Shown here: positions 8,785-18,459 of the stretch, in pieces
Layout of the letters: each line of letters begins with the position of its first letter
How positions within the stretch are numbered: position 1 is the stretch's first letter
From: Candidatus Micrarchaeota archaeon
Lineage (GTDB): Archaea; B1Sed10-29; JAJRYS01
Direction of reading: 5' to 3'
DNA length: 64,000 nucleotides
NCBI GenBank assembly: GCA_964643685.1
Contig: CAZXTN010000003.1
Coordinates: 1 to 64,000 of the forward strand
Position numbers and translations under genes: made by a program
Notes under the pieces: generated by a model
The model's database searches: none
The model's input: only the letters and a program-made list of their open reading frames with translations
What the model was told of the DNA's origin: nothing

Positions 8785-9013
8785 TTTTATCACTTTTTAA
8801 AATACTTTGCTTGGCTTCTGTTATCATCTTGTAGTGATTCAAGCTTTGTTCTTCAAGCAACTTAAGCAATTCTTCTGCTTGAAGCTGTTTTTCTTTTGGC
8901 AGCTTGTATTCAAGTATTTTTTGCCCTAAGAGGTAGCCTAGTTCAGGCAGGAAGCTTTCTTCTAATTCAATTGCTTCATCAAGCATTTTAATAACTTCTT
9001 GTTTTGAAACCAT
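8774..9013 (-). CDS. Small two-helix ferritin-like protein (degenerate)
   Basis: LDEAIELEE..LEEQSLNH; overlaps the downstream half-ferritin gene. Confidence 0.5.
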   Translation of the reverse strand: MVSKQEVIKMLDEAIELEESFLPELGYLLGQKILEYKLPKEKQLQAEELLKLLEEQSLNHYKMITEAKQSILKSDKNEY

Positions 9014-9113
9014 TGAAGTAAAAAAAAGAGGTTCTGGTTTTTAAAGAAAACGCTTAAATAAAAACAGTGCTTTTAGAAAATTAAAATACTTGAAAAAGAA
9101 GGTGGTTTTTGAA

Positions 9114-9620
9114 ATGAAGAACTTGTTGATTGTTTTAAGCTTGGTTGCAGTTGTTTTTTTAGCTGGTTGCATTCATAAAACAGCTCCTGAACATTCTTTT
9201 GAGGGAATTGATTGTGGCAGTGACACTGTGTGTTTTGCAAGTAATTTAGCTAAATGTAATCCAGCTAAGATTCAAGTAAGCCAAAATGTTAATGGAATGA
9301 ATGCTGTTTTTTACATGGATATTCAAGGAGGAACTGTGGATTCATGTGAAATTTATCAGCAGGTTAAGTCAATTGAGTTTCCTGAGAACATGAGTCCGGT
9401 TGAGAAAATGGCTGCGCAGTTAATGATTGGAGCTGATTCAACTTGCATTGGTCCTGTTGACAAGCTTAAAACAGGCAGTTTTGAGGAGTATGAAAAATAC
9501 TTTAATTGCAGTGGAACTTTGTATGAGTTAATGAAAGCAGGGAGTCAGCAGGTGGAGCAGGTAGTTGATAATACATCTGGGTATGAAGAAGAAGGGAGAA
9601 AAACATTAAACCCTAACTAA
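9114..9620 (+). CDS. Cys-rich predicted lipoprotein
   Basis: Signal ending FLAGC; DCGSD..CF....C pattern; SD GGTGG. Confidence 0.7.
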   Translation: MKNLLIVLSLVAVVFLAGCIHKTAPEHSFEGIDCGSDTVCFASNLAKCNPAKIQVSQNVNGMNAVFYMDIQGGTVDSCEIYQQVKSIEFPENMSPVEKMAAQLMIGADSTCIGPVDKLKTGSFEEYEKYFNCSGTLYELMKAGSQQVEQVVDNTSGYEEEGRKTLNPN

Positions 9621-9884
9621 AAACAATTCAACTTCTTTAAAAAAAGAGGACTTTATGTCCTCTGCCAATCCAATCAGTTTACAAGAGCCTTTACTCGCGT
9701 AAACTTCAGACGACCGTTGGGTAGGAAAATATTAAATTGCAAGAATAAATGGCATCGAGCTTAAGCGAAGATGGCATAGCGATCCAACGGCTGGCCGTTG
9801 GGGAGAAAAACATTAAACCCAACACTAAATTAAGGTAAAACAAGAGTTTTTAGAGGTCATCAAAGGCGAAGCTGAAGATGGCCT
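9594..9884 (+). repeat. Hairpin cassette cluster with 20-bp gene-end duplication
   Basis: GGGAGAAAAACATTAAACCC at 9594-9613 and 9801-9820; 25 bp (9777-9801) identical to 6674-6698; 9847-9884 homologous to the reverse complement of 23127-23165. Confidence 0.85.
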
Positions 9885-9897
9885 AATTATATTTCTT

Positions 9898-11451
9898 TCA
9901 TTTTCCAAATTCGTATACTATTGGCTTGGTTTCTGTTGAGAAGTTTTCAAGTATTACTTTGTCCATTTCAATAGCTGTTCTTTTGTCAAAAACTTCTTTA
10001 GCTGCTTGCAGTTTTCTTTTGCTTTCAGCGTATATTGTCATTAGCTTGTCTCCTTTTTTTACCTTGTCCCCTTTTTCAAAATACATGTAAACTCCAGCTC
10101 CCTTGTCTTTAGGAGCGCCTGCAACTCTTGCAATTTCACTAATGACTTTGTTATGAATCAAATGAATCCTTCCATTCTCCTTAATGTAAATATCAAGCTT
10201 ATGCTGTCCTATTTTCACATCCTCTGGCTTAATGTCAGGGTTTCCTCCTTGCGCTTTAATTATTTCTTTCATTTTTTCCAAAGCCCTTCCATCTTCAAGG
10301 ATTTCCTGAGCCATTTTCTTGCCTTCTCCTTCTTTAGCAACGCCAGCCATTTCCAGCATCAACCCAGCCATTACAAGAGACTTGTCAATTAAGTCAAGGC
10401 TTACTTTTTCACCATAGAGAATTCTTAAAATTTCCCTTGCTTCTAAAGCAGGTCCAATTGCAAACCCTATAGGGTCATACCCTGGTGTGATGATGCAATG
10501 AACTTCCATGCCAAGCTTGGAACCTAAATCCATGAAATCTTTGGCAAGTGACTCAGCTTCTGAATGCGAAGCCATTTTAGAACCAACTCCAACTGGAATG
10601 TCAATTAGAACATGAGTAGCTCCAACAGCCTTCTTTTTTGCAAGGATTGATGCTAAAAGAACTCCACGGGGATCCATTTTTAAAGGGTGTCTTATTTTAA
10701 TCAGCTTGTCATCAGCAGCAGCGAGGTTAACTCCCCCTCCCCAAACCATGCATGCATTTGTTTTTTTAACTACTTTTTCAATTTTATGAGCAGGCAAGCT
10801 TACAGGAGCTAGCACTTCCATTGTATCAGCTGTTCCAGCAGGTGAAGTGATTGCTCTTGAACTTGTTTTAGGAACAGTTATTCCAGCAGCTGCTAAGATA
10901 GGCACAATAAGCATTGTTGTCCTGTTTCCAGGCACCCCTCCAATGCAATGCTTGTCTAAAATAGGCTTTTTTTTAAAATTCAAAGTTCTTCCTGAATCAA
11001 CAATTGCTCTTGTTAAAAACAAAGTTTCTTTGTTACTCAATCCTCTTATGTACATTGCTGTGATAAAAGCAGCGAGTTCAGCGTCACTTAATTCTTCATC
11101 CATCACGCCTTTAATAATTTCCCTTATCTCACTTTCAGTTAATTCAAAGCCATCCATTTTCTTTTTAATGAATTCAATGGAAGCTGGTTTAGGCACTGGC
11201 TCAATGCTTATCTTTTGCCTTGGTTTAAGTTTAAGCTTCTTGCTGATTCCTCTGAATAACCCAATTTCTCCTCTTTTAATTGAAGAATCGCTTAATTCAA
11301 CAAGAGCAATTTGTGATTTTGAATGGTCTCTGACTTCAACCCTGTCCATTACACTTAAGTTCAAGTCAATTGCATCTTCTTTATTCATTACAATGATGCT
11401 TTTTCCACCTGAATCCATGTCCAAATTCTTGTATTTGAATTCATACTTCAC
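9898..11451 (-). CDS. AMP phosphorylase
   Basis: N-terminal double-psi-like domain, DKHCIGGVPGNRTT, KTSSRAITSPAGTAD, GAPKDKGAG. Confidence 0.95.
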   Translation of the reverse strand: MKYEFKYKNLDMDSGGKSIIVMNKEDAIDLNLSVMDRVEVRDHSKSQIALVELSDSSIKRGEIGLFRGISKKLKLKPRQKISIEPVPKPASIEFIKKKMDGFELTESEIREIIKGVMDEELSDAELAAFITAMYIRGLSNKETLFLTRAIVDSGRTLNFKKKPILDKHCIGGVPGNRTTMLIVPILAAAGITVPKTSSRAITSPAGTADTMEVLAPVSLPAHKIEKVVKKTNACMVWGGGVNLAAADDKLIKIRHPLKMDPRGVLLASILAKKKAVGATHVLIDIPVGVGSKMASHSEAESLAKDFMDLGSKLGMEVHCIITPGYDPIGFAIGPALEAREILRILYGEKVSLDLIDKSLVMAGLMLEMAGVAKEGEGKKMAQEILEDGRALEKMKEIIKAQGGNPDIKPEDVKIGQHKLDIYIKENGRIHLIHNKVISEIARVAGAPKDKGAGVYMYFEKGDKVKKGDKLMTIYAESKRKLQAAKEVFDKRTAIEMDKVILENFSTETKPIVYEFGK

Positions 11452-11514
11452 TTAACATCAAACTCCTATTTCACTTCTTTTTAAAAATAACATGCTTAAT
11501 CTTTAAAAAACATT

Positions 11515-11808
11515 TTAAACAAACTTCTCCAACGCTTGCTTCACAGTCATTTTGTCATTAACACCTAAACTCAAAGCTTTTTTACTGACAAAATCAACTT
11601 TTTTCAAAATCATTTCAGCAATTGACTTAACTCCCTTGACCTGAACACAAGCATCTCCAAGTTCATCTGCAACTTTTGAATTAAAATAACCGCATACTGC
11701 ATAGCCTTTATCTGCTTTTATCAGCAGGAAAGGCGCGTTGCCCAAGTCAATCTTTACCCCCACTGCAATGCCGTTGCTTAAATCAATTATTTCAGTTTCA
11801 GAAATCAT
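11515..11808 (-). CDS. YunC/DUF1805 family protein
   Basis: APFLLIKADKGYAVCGYFN..VKGVKS..VSKKALSLGV. Confidence 0.8.
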   Translation of the reverse strand: MISETEIIDLSNGIAVGVKIDLGNAPFLLIKADKGYAVCGYFNSKVADELGDACVQVKGVKSIAEMILKKVDFVSKKALSLGVNDKMTVKQALEKFV

Positions 11809-12658
11809 TGAACATCCACTTCTTTTTCCTTAAAATCAAGTCAGGAAAAGAGTCGATTGAAAACACCCCCAAATCACTTACAGTGAAATCAACATACTCC
11901 TTTGGAGTGAAGTCAAAAGCAGGATTCACCACCTTGATATTTTTTACTCTTGTCTTCCACACTTCGCTTGGCTTCCTCTGTTCAATTTCCTCATTATACC
12001 CATCAATTGTAAAAGGGTCAAATTTCAAGGATTCAAAAGCAGATGCGAAAGTCGTTCTTGCTTCGTCAGCTGCAAGGGCAAGCAAAGAAGTTCCAACTTT
12101 GTTAACCAAGTAACTGTCACTTGTAATGGCATCAGCTCCTACAAGAACCAAGTCAGCATCATTTACAAACAACCTCATTGCAGAGTCAACGTAACTGGTT
12201 ACAGGAATGCCATAAGACGCTAACTGCTTTGCTGTTATCCTGCCTTGAAAAAGAGGACGGGTTTCAGATGAAAAAACTTCCTCAATCTTACCTTTGTCAA
12301 ATGCTTTTTTAATTATCTCAGCTACAAGCGAAGAATGACAGTGCGTCATTACAATTGAATTTCTTTTTATTTTTCTTGCGCCGAATTCAACTGCTTTTTG
12401 AAAACTGTCTTCAATCATCTCTTCAAACTCGTCAACTGCTTCTTCAATTGAGTAACCATCATCAATTTTATAACTCACATACCTCAAGCCATTTCTAAGC
12501 ATGGGTTCAGTTGCTCTTATTTTAAAAAAAGCAGAAGAAGCTTTCTTGTAAGTCTTATAATCCAATCCTTTCAAGGACTTCAAAGCAGTTAAAGCAACAT
12601 TAGTCGCGCCTTGAATCTTAAGGCTTTTTATATCCTTCAAAGTTTTCAAGTAATTCAT
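11798..12658 (-). CDS. Ribose-1,5-bisphosphate isomerase (eIF2B-like)
   Basis: IQGATNVA, MTHCHSS (catalytic Cys), ETRPLFQG, VGADAI, NKVGT, NPAFDFTP; adjacent to AMP phosphorylase. Confidence 0.88.
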   Translation of the reverse strand: MNYLKTLKDIKSLKIQGATNVALTALKSLKGLDYKTYKKASSAFFKIRATEPMLRNGLRYVSYKIDDGYSIEEAVDEFEEMIEDSFQKAVEFGARKIKRNSIVMTHCHSSLVAEIIKKAFDKGKIEEVFSSETRPLFQGRITAKQLASYGIPVTSYVDSAMRLFVNDADLVLVGADAITSDSYLVNKVGTSLLALAADEARTTFASAFESLKFDPFTIDGYNEEIEQRKPSEVWKTRVKNIKVVNPAFDFTPKEYVDFTVSDLGVFSIDSFPDLILRKKKWMFNDF

Positions 12659-13719
12659 AATCTTAACACTCTTTTTACATATTTATTTTTAAGCAGTTCA
12701 GCCATTTGCTTAAAAGCAAGCACGTCCCTCATTTTAACAACTCCAACCAGCTCGCCTTTTTCAACAACAGGCAACATGGGAACACCTGCTTTTTCCATTT
12801 CATGCAATGCTTTTTCAGCTGAATCACTTGGCTTCAGCACAGGCACTTTAAAAGAATTCTCTGCAATTGTCTTGCTTGCATCAACTACTTTTGACAAGTC
12901 AAACAAGTTCAAAGAACCTTTTACAATTGCAAAACTCCTGCGGTAAAAAAACATTTTGTCAACAACATCCTTTACAACCTCTTCTCCGTCAGCAACTAAA
13001 AAATCAGTTGATAAAAGACGTGAAACTTTCACTTTCTTCAAGTAAATAGAATCCATCAAAGCCCTGTATTCTCCGCTTGCACCTATGAAAATAAACCCTG
13101 CTATTAAAAGAAGCCAGAAATCAAAAGCAAGTAAAGAATAGACAACCATAAGCCCTGCAATTGCAAAACTCACATTCCTGGCAATAAAAGTTGCTTTTTC
13201 TCTTGTTGTCTTAAGCGAAAGCACTGCCCTGAATATCCTGCCTCCATCAAGAGGAAAAGCAGGCAGGAACAAGTTGAAACTACCGAGCACGAGATTAGCG
13301 TAAAAAGAATAGTAAATTAAAAGAGGAAAAGAAAGGCTCATTTCATTAATCACTTTGAAAGCATTTTCAAAAGGAAGCTGAAGCAAGTGCATTGAAAAAA
13401 TAAGCAAGTAGCACATTAAGAAATTGAAAAGAGGACCTGCTACAGCCACCGCCACTTCCTTCACTGGCTTTATTTTTTTAATATCCATCAAAGCCATTCC
13501 TCCTATTGGAAGAAGAACAATTTTGTCTACTCTTATGCCAAGGTGTTTGGCTACAAGAGAATGTGAAAATTCATGGAGAGTGACAAAAACAAACACTGTT
13601 AACAGAAGCAATGCAAAAGTTGAGTCAAGAAGGAAAAGGATTAAAATGAAAAAAACAAAGCTTATGTGGGCTTCAACAGGTATCCCGAACAAAGAAAGTA
13701 ATTTATAAGAAGGCTTCAT
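12655..13719 (-). CDS. Site-2 protease (M50) with CBS domains
   Basis: LHEFSHS, LLPIGG, AGPLFN, FNLFLPAFPLDGGR; C-terminal CBS pair. Confidence 0.92.
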   Translation of the reverse strand: MKPSYKLLSLFGIPVEAHISFVFFILILFLLDSTFALLLLTVFVFVTLHEFSHSLVAKHLGIRVDKIVLLPIGGMALMDIKKIKPVKEVAVAVAGPLFNFLMCYLLIFSMHLLQLPFENAFKVINEMSLSFPLLIYYSFYANLVLGSFNLFLPAFPLDGGRIFRAVLSLKTTREKATFIARNVSFAIAGLMVVYSLLAFDFWLLLIAGFIFIGASGEYRALMDSIYLKKVKVSRLLSTDFLVADGEEVVKDVVDKMFFYRRSFAIVKGSLNLFDLSKVVDASKTIAENSFKVPVLKPSDSAEKALHEMEKAGVPMLPVVEKGELVGVVKMRDVLAFKQMAELLKNKYVKRVLRL

Positions 13720-13776
13720 ACAGAATAAAACAAAAGAAACAGGACTATAAATAACTAATTGAAAGAAGGTAAACAA

Positions 13777-14709
13777 ATGGACTCTTTTGAAAAATCAGCA
13801 GAAGTTGTCATAAGCAAGTGCGTGAATCTCAAGCAAGGGGAAAAAGCGCTTATTCTCTGCGATTACTCAACTGAAAAAATTGCACAGAAGCTGTTTGAAA
13901 AAGCAAGTGAAAAAACAGAAGCTGTTCTTGTTAAAACAAAGCCGACTGAAAGGCACGGTGTAGAACCATTAAAAGAAGTTGCTTACTTAATGAGCAAATT
14001 CGACGTAGTTCTTGCTCCGACAAAACACTCCTTGACTCACACCAAGGCAAGGCAAAACGCTACGAAGAAAGGAGCAAGAGTTGTTACAATGCCTGGAATA
14101 ACAAATAAGATTTTTGAAAAAACAATTGACATTGACTACAAGCAATTGAAAAAAGAAGTTGACGAGCTTGCAAAGGAAATGAGGAAAGCAAAAAAGATAA
14201 GAGTGCAGTCAATTAACGGCACTGACTTTGTTTTTGAAAACGATGCAAGCAGAGTAATGGACGATGACAACGGCTTGTTCTTGAAAAAAGGAGATTACGG
14301 CAACTTGCCTGCTGGAGAAGTTTACGTTGCTCCAATTGAAAAAACAGGAAAAGGAGTAATAGTTATTGATTCAATGGAAGATATTTGCAAGCCGAGAACA
14401 AAGCTTCTTGTAAAAAAAGGAAAGGTAATGGAAGTTGAAGGAGATGACAAGTTCAGGGAAAAATTATGGAAGTTGAAGAACGCGCGTAACATAGCTGAGT
14501 TTGGAATTGGCTTGAACCCGAAAGCCACTGTTGTAGGCAACACTCTTGAAGATGAAAAAGTAAAAGGCACGTGTCATTTTGCACTTGGCTCTAATTTTGA
14601 CTTTGGAGGAAAAGTAAAAGCTGAAGTGCATTGGGACGGCATTATAATGGCCCCTTCAATTTGGTTTGATGAGGAAAAAATAATGGACAAAGGAGAACTG
14701 CTTTTATGA
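13777..14709 (+). CDS. Aminopeptidase (M29/AmpS-like)
   Basis: GNLPAGEVYVAP, IAEFGIGLN, EDEKVKGTCHFALG, HWDG. Confidence 0.88.
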   Translation: MDSFEKSAEVVISKCVNLKQGEKALILCDYSTEKIAQKLFEKASEKTEAVLVKTKPTERHGVEPLKEVAYLMSKFDVVLAPTKHSLTHTKARQNATKKGARVVTMPGITNKIFEKTIDIDYKQLKKEVDELAKEMRKAKKIRVQSINGTDFVFENDASRVMDDDNGLFLKKGDYGNLPAGEVYVAPIEKTGKGVIVIDSMEDICKPRTKLLVKKGKVMEVEGDDKFREKLWKLKNARNIAEFGIGLNPKATVVGNTLEDEKVKGTCHFALGSNFDFGGKVKAEVHWDGIIMAPSIWFDEEKIMDKGELLL

Positions 14710-15362
14710 AAGAAAAAAAAGATCTTGAAAAAATAGGCTTGATTGAAGAGAAGAAATTCTGGGCAGTAATGCTTTTGCTTGGCTTGGCAGCTGTTGTTTC
14801 TTATTTTTATGACATGCAAATAAGCTTGGCTTTGCAGTCTATAAGAAATCCTCTGCTGGATAAAGTGATGATAATTGCAACTGATTTAATGGGGCTTTAT
14901 TTAGGCATGCCTCTGCTTGTGATTATTGTTTATTTAAAGGAAAGGAAAAGAGATAAGAGGATATACAGGAAAGTGATAATTTCAATGATTCTGAATATTG
15001 GCTTGAGTTTTATAATCAAGCTAGCAGTGCATCGTCCACGCCCTTATGCAAATGGAATCAAAAGCGCTATAGGAGAAGAGTTTCTTTACTCCTTCCCTTC
15101 AGATCATTCTGCAAGAGCCTTCAATTACTTCTCAATACTCGCTCATTATTACAGGCACAAGCTGTTTTATTACTCATTAGCTACATTCATTGCTTTTTCA
15201 AGAGTTTATCTAGGAGTGCATTATGCTTCTGATGTTATTGCAGGGGCAATGTTTGGCTTAATCATTTCGCATTACACTGTAAAGTACAAGTGGGGAACAA
15301 GAAGCTTTGAGTACTATGAAAAAAAGCTGCTTGAAATGAAAACAAAGTTTAAAAACAAGTAA
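14706..15362 (+). CDS. PAP2-family membrane phosphatase
   Basis: K....RPRP, SFPSDH, SRVYLGVHYASDV. Confidence 0.92.
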   Translation: MKEKKDLEKIGLIEEKKFWAVMLLLGLAAVVSYFYDMQISLALQSIRNPLLDKVMIIATDLMGLYLGMPLLVIIVYLKERKRDKRIYRKVIISMILNIGLSFIIKLAVHRPRPYANGIKSAIGEEFLYSFPSDHSARAFNYFSILAHYYRHKLFYYSLATFIAFSRVYLGVHYASDVIAGAMFGLIISHYTVKYKWGTRSFEYYEKKLLEMKTKFKNK

Positions 15363-15378
15363 AGCTTAATTGGTTAAC

Positions 15379-17091
15379 ATGCTTGAATTGACTTTGATTT
15401 TTCACATTGCTTTAATGGTTCTTGCAGCGACTTTTTTTGCATTCATCTCTCACCTCCTTAAGCAACCTAATTTACTTGGTTACATACTTGCAGGCATAAT
15501 TTTAGGCCCAATTGGATTAAATTTAATTTCAAACACAAGTGAAATACTCACTTTATCTGAACTTGGAATAGCTTTCTTATTATTCAGCGCAGGAATTGAA
15601 ATCAGCTTCAGCAAACTAAAAGGAGTTGGAAAAATAGCTTTCGTAAACGGGTTTCTGCAAGTTGTTCTTACAGCTGGAATCAGCTTCTTAATACTGCAAA
15701 AACTGAACGTGGACTTCTACTCTTCACTTTACATTTCCGCTGCTATTGCTTTCAGCAGCACCACAATTGTATTGAAAATAATGTCTGACAATTTCGAACT
15801 TAACACATTACACGGCAGAATAATGCTAGGAATACTCATAATACAAGACTTGATGGCTATCCTTTTCCTTTCTTTTCTTGAAAACATGCAAAGCATTACA
15901 GCAGCATCAGTAGCTGTTCTTATTGTCAAAGCAGGCGCGCTGTTCCTAATAGGATACTTCCTGAACAAATTCATCTTCCCTAACTTGCTTAAAGCAGCTG
16001 AAAAATCCCAAGAACTCCTATTCCTCACAGCAATTTCAACACTATTCTTCTTCATGGGCCTCGCTTACGACTTAGGCTTCTCAATAGCAATAGGAGCACT
16101 TGTCGGAGGAATCTCACTTTCATTAATTCAATTTGAAACAGAAATAAACGGAAAAATAAAAACGCTTAGGGATTTCTTTGCAATAATCTTCTTCGTCTCC
16201 CTTGGCATGCAAATAACATTGAATTTAAGCCCATGGGCTATTGAACTAATCCTTGCAATCATCCTGCTTACTGTCCTGCTCAAGCCTCTGATACTATTCC
16301 TCCTTCACTTGATATCAGGTTACGGAGGAAGAACTTCTTTAATCACAGGAATAGGGCTTGGTCAAATGAGCGAATTTTCATTCATAATAGCTGTGCAAGG
16401 CGTTGCTCTTGGATACTTGACTCAAGAACAATTCACTGCAATGACAATCCCAATAATACTGACAATAGCTGTCTCTCCTTATTTTTTCAAATACGACAAC
16501 AGCATATTCAACGCATTGTTGAAAATAAAAAATAAATTAAAATTACCTGACTTGAAGTTCATTAGAAGAAGAGTGCCGAAAACGAGAAAAATCAACACAA
16601 AAGAACTTAAAAACCACACCCTGCTAATAGGAGCTCATAGAATGGGAAGAGAGATAATAAACGAGCTTCATAAAAAACACAAGCTAATTATAATTGACTA
16701 CGACCCTGAAGTGATAAAAGAACTTGACTCAAAAGGATACAATTGCATTTACGGAGACGCTTACAACGACTACATCCTTGAAAAAGCAAAAGCAGGTAAA
16801 GCAAAACTAGCAGTCATTACAATTCCAGATGATTCAATAATACTTGCAGTGATTTCAAAACTTAGAAAAATGAACCCAAAAATCAAGATATTCACAAGAG
16901 CAAACTTTGTTGAAGATGCAATTAAATTCTACGAAGCAGGAGCAAATGCAGTGATACTCCCAGAAGTAATAGCTGGACAGAAAATGATTAAAAGAATAAA
17001 CTCCCTAGTAAAAGACGAAGTTAAAATAAAAAAAATGAAAGAAAAGCATTTGAAAGAACTTAGAAAAAACTGCAAAAAAAACAAGACTTGA
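15379..17091 (+). CDS. CPA2 cation:proton antiporter with TrkA-N (KefB-like)
   Basis: GYILAGIILGP, SSTTIVLK, IQDL, FFVSLG, QMSEFSF; C-terminal IGAHRMG..DYDP..YGDA. Confidence 0.92.
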   Translation: MLELTLIFHIALMVLAATFFAFISHLLKQPNLLGYILAGIILGPIGLNLISNTSEILTLSELGIAFLLFSAGIEISFSKLKGVGKIAFVNGFLQVVLTAGISFLILQKLNVDFYSSLYISAAIAFSSTTIVLKIMSDNFELNTLHGRIMLGILIIQDLMAILFLSFLENMQSITAASVAVLIVKAGALFLIGYFLNKFIFPNLLKAAEKSQELLFLTAISTLFFFMGLAYDLGFSIAIGALVGGISLSLIQFETEINGKIKTLRDFFAIIFFVSLGMQITLNLSPWAIELILAIILLTVLLKPLILFLLHLISGYGGRTSLITGIGLGQMSEFSFIIAVQGVALGYLTQEQFTAMTIPIILTIAVSPYFFKYDNSIFNALLKIKNKLKLPDLKFIRRRVPKTRKINTKELKNHTLLIGAHRMGREIINELHKKHKLIIIDYDPEVIKELDSKGYNCIYGDAYNDYILEKAKAGKAKLAVITIPDDSIILAVISKLRKMNPKIKIFTRANFVEDAIKFYEAGANAVILPEVIAGQKMIKRINSLVKDEVKIKKMKEKHLKELRKNCKKNKT

Positions 17092-17121
17092 AAAACAAAT
17101 AAAACAAAGAGGATATGAAAA

Positions 17122-17550
17122 ATGAACTCGAAAATAAAAGCACTTGCAATACTCATAATAAGCATCATTACCTTCAGCTTAGGCTTTTTATCAGAAAACC
17201 TTGGAATAAAAACACTTCAAATAATACCCCCTGCAACAACAAACATCACATTAGTAGTAATCACCTTCGGATTTGGAATGCTCTTCTTCGGATACTTCCC
17301 ATGGATACTAACTTACTTCATAGGGGAATACCTCGGCTTAATTTTCAAACTTCATCAGCAATCCACAACCCAAATATTACTCCTTACCCTTGCAATAATG
17401 CTAATTGCCTTCTCAAGCTCATGGCTTGGAATAAGCTTATACAATGACTTAGCTGGAAAACAAAGCGCTTTCTCAAAAGAATTGAAAAAAAACACGATAA
17501 TCATAATAATCTCACTTATTCTAGCAATAGCAAGCCAAGTTATTGCATAA
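17122..17550 (+). CDS. Hypothetical membrane protein
   Basis: Several hydrophobic segments; correct frame by composition. Confidence 0.65.
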   Translation: MNSKIKALAILIISIITFSLGFLSENLGIKTLQIIPPATTNITLVVITFGFGMLFFGYFPWILTYFIGEYLGLIFKLHQQSTTQILLLTLAIMLIAFSSSWLGISLYNDLAGKQSAFSKELKKNTIIIIISLILAIASQVIA

Positions 17551-17814
17551 AAGTAGTTACAACAATATTTTTAAATAGAAGTTAAGAGCTTAACTATAAC
17601 TGAACAGACCTTTTTTCCAGAATGCGTCACCGTTGTTTTGGGAGAGTTTTCCGTTCAAAAAACTCTCCTATCTATTTTTACCTGAATCAAAAAGCAGAAT
17701 TAGAAGATAATAGAAACAGGAGTTTACAAAACATTTATAAACATGACACGATTACATTCTAACCTGCACACAAGAACTTGGACGAAAAAACGAAATTAAA
17801 GGAGGGACGAGAAA

Positions 17815-17937
17815 ATGAGCATGGCTAAATTTGCTAAATACAAGCAGCTTGAACAATTAAAAACTTTTTCTGAAAACAACAAAAGATACTTAAACATAAG
17901 CATAGGCACTGTAATAACAACCCAAATGCCAAACTAA
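17815..17937 (+). CDS. 40-aa small ORF
   Basis: MSMAKFAKYKQLEQLKTFSENNKRYLNISIGTVITTQMPN; TTTATAAA ~17734 and SD AAGGAGG ~17799. Confidence 0.45.
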   Translation: MSMAKFAKYKQLEQLKTFSENNKRYLNISIGTVITTQMPN

Positions 17938-17950
17938 AAAAAAAATCTCT

Positions 17951-18358
17951 TTAAATCCAAAAAGCAGCTGTCTTCTCCATAGCTGCTTTCAACTCTTTTT
18001 CTTTAACCCTCGGAAACTTCAAAACTTTGAATTCAAACTCTTCTTCAAAATCCCTGTAATTCCTAACCCCCTTCCATGAAACAAACAAGCTCCTTACACC
18101 CGGCTTAGCTTTCTCAACAGCCCTCTTAATCTGCCTCTCACCTAAAAACCGCACAAGAAACTCAAGCTCTTCACTTGAAGCAAAATTACAGCCATTCTCA
18201 AACGCTTTTTTCATTTCATTAACAGCATGCAAAACCTGCTTTTCACCTACAAAAAAAGAAGCATTCAAAACCTGACAACCTTCATGACTATTAAGAAAAT
18301 CCACTACTTTCTGAAAATCAAAGTCCTTAAACTGAACCAATTTAACAACAACCTTCAT
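17951..18358 (-). CDS. cgi121: KEOPS subunit Cgi121
   Basis: QVLNA..GEKQVLHA..ELEFLVRFLGERQIKRA..AMEKTA. Confidence 0.75.
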   Translation of the reverse strand: MKVVVKLVQFKDFDFQKVVDFLNSHEGCQVLNASFFVGEKQVLHAVNEMKKAFENGCNFASSEELEFLVRFLGERQIKRAVEKAKPGVRSLFVSWKGVRNYRDFEEEFEFKVLKFPRVKEKELKAAMEKTAAFWI

Positions 18359-18459
18359 ATAATAAAGTTTAAAAAACAATAAGAATATAAAACAATACAC
18401 TTAAAAATTAAAACAAGCTAATCAAAAAAATGCTTATTTTCAACGGAGGATAGGAAAAC

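Noticed and set aside
11798-12658. Translation factor eIF2B subunit or methylthioribose-1-phosphate isomerase
   Set aside because: Catalytic Cys motif THCHSS, the short N-terminus and linkage to AMP phosphorylase favour R15P isomerase.
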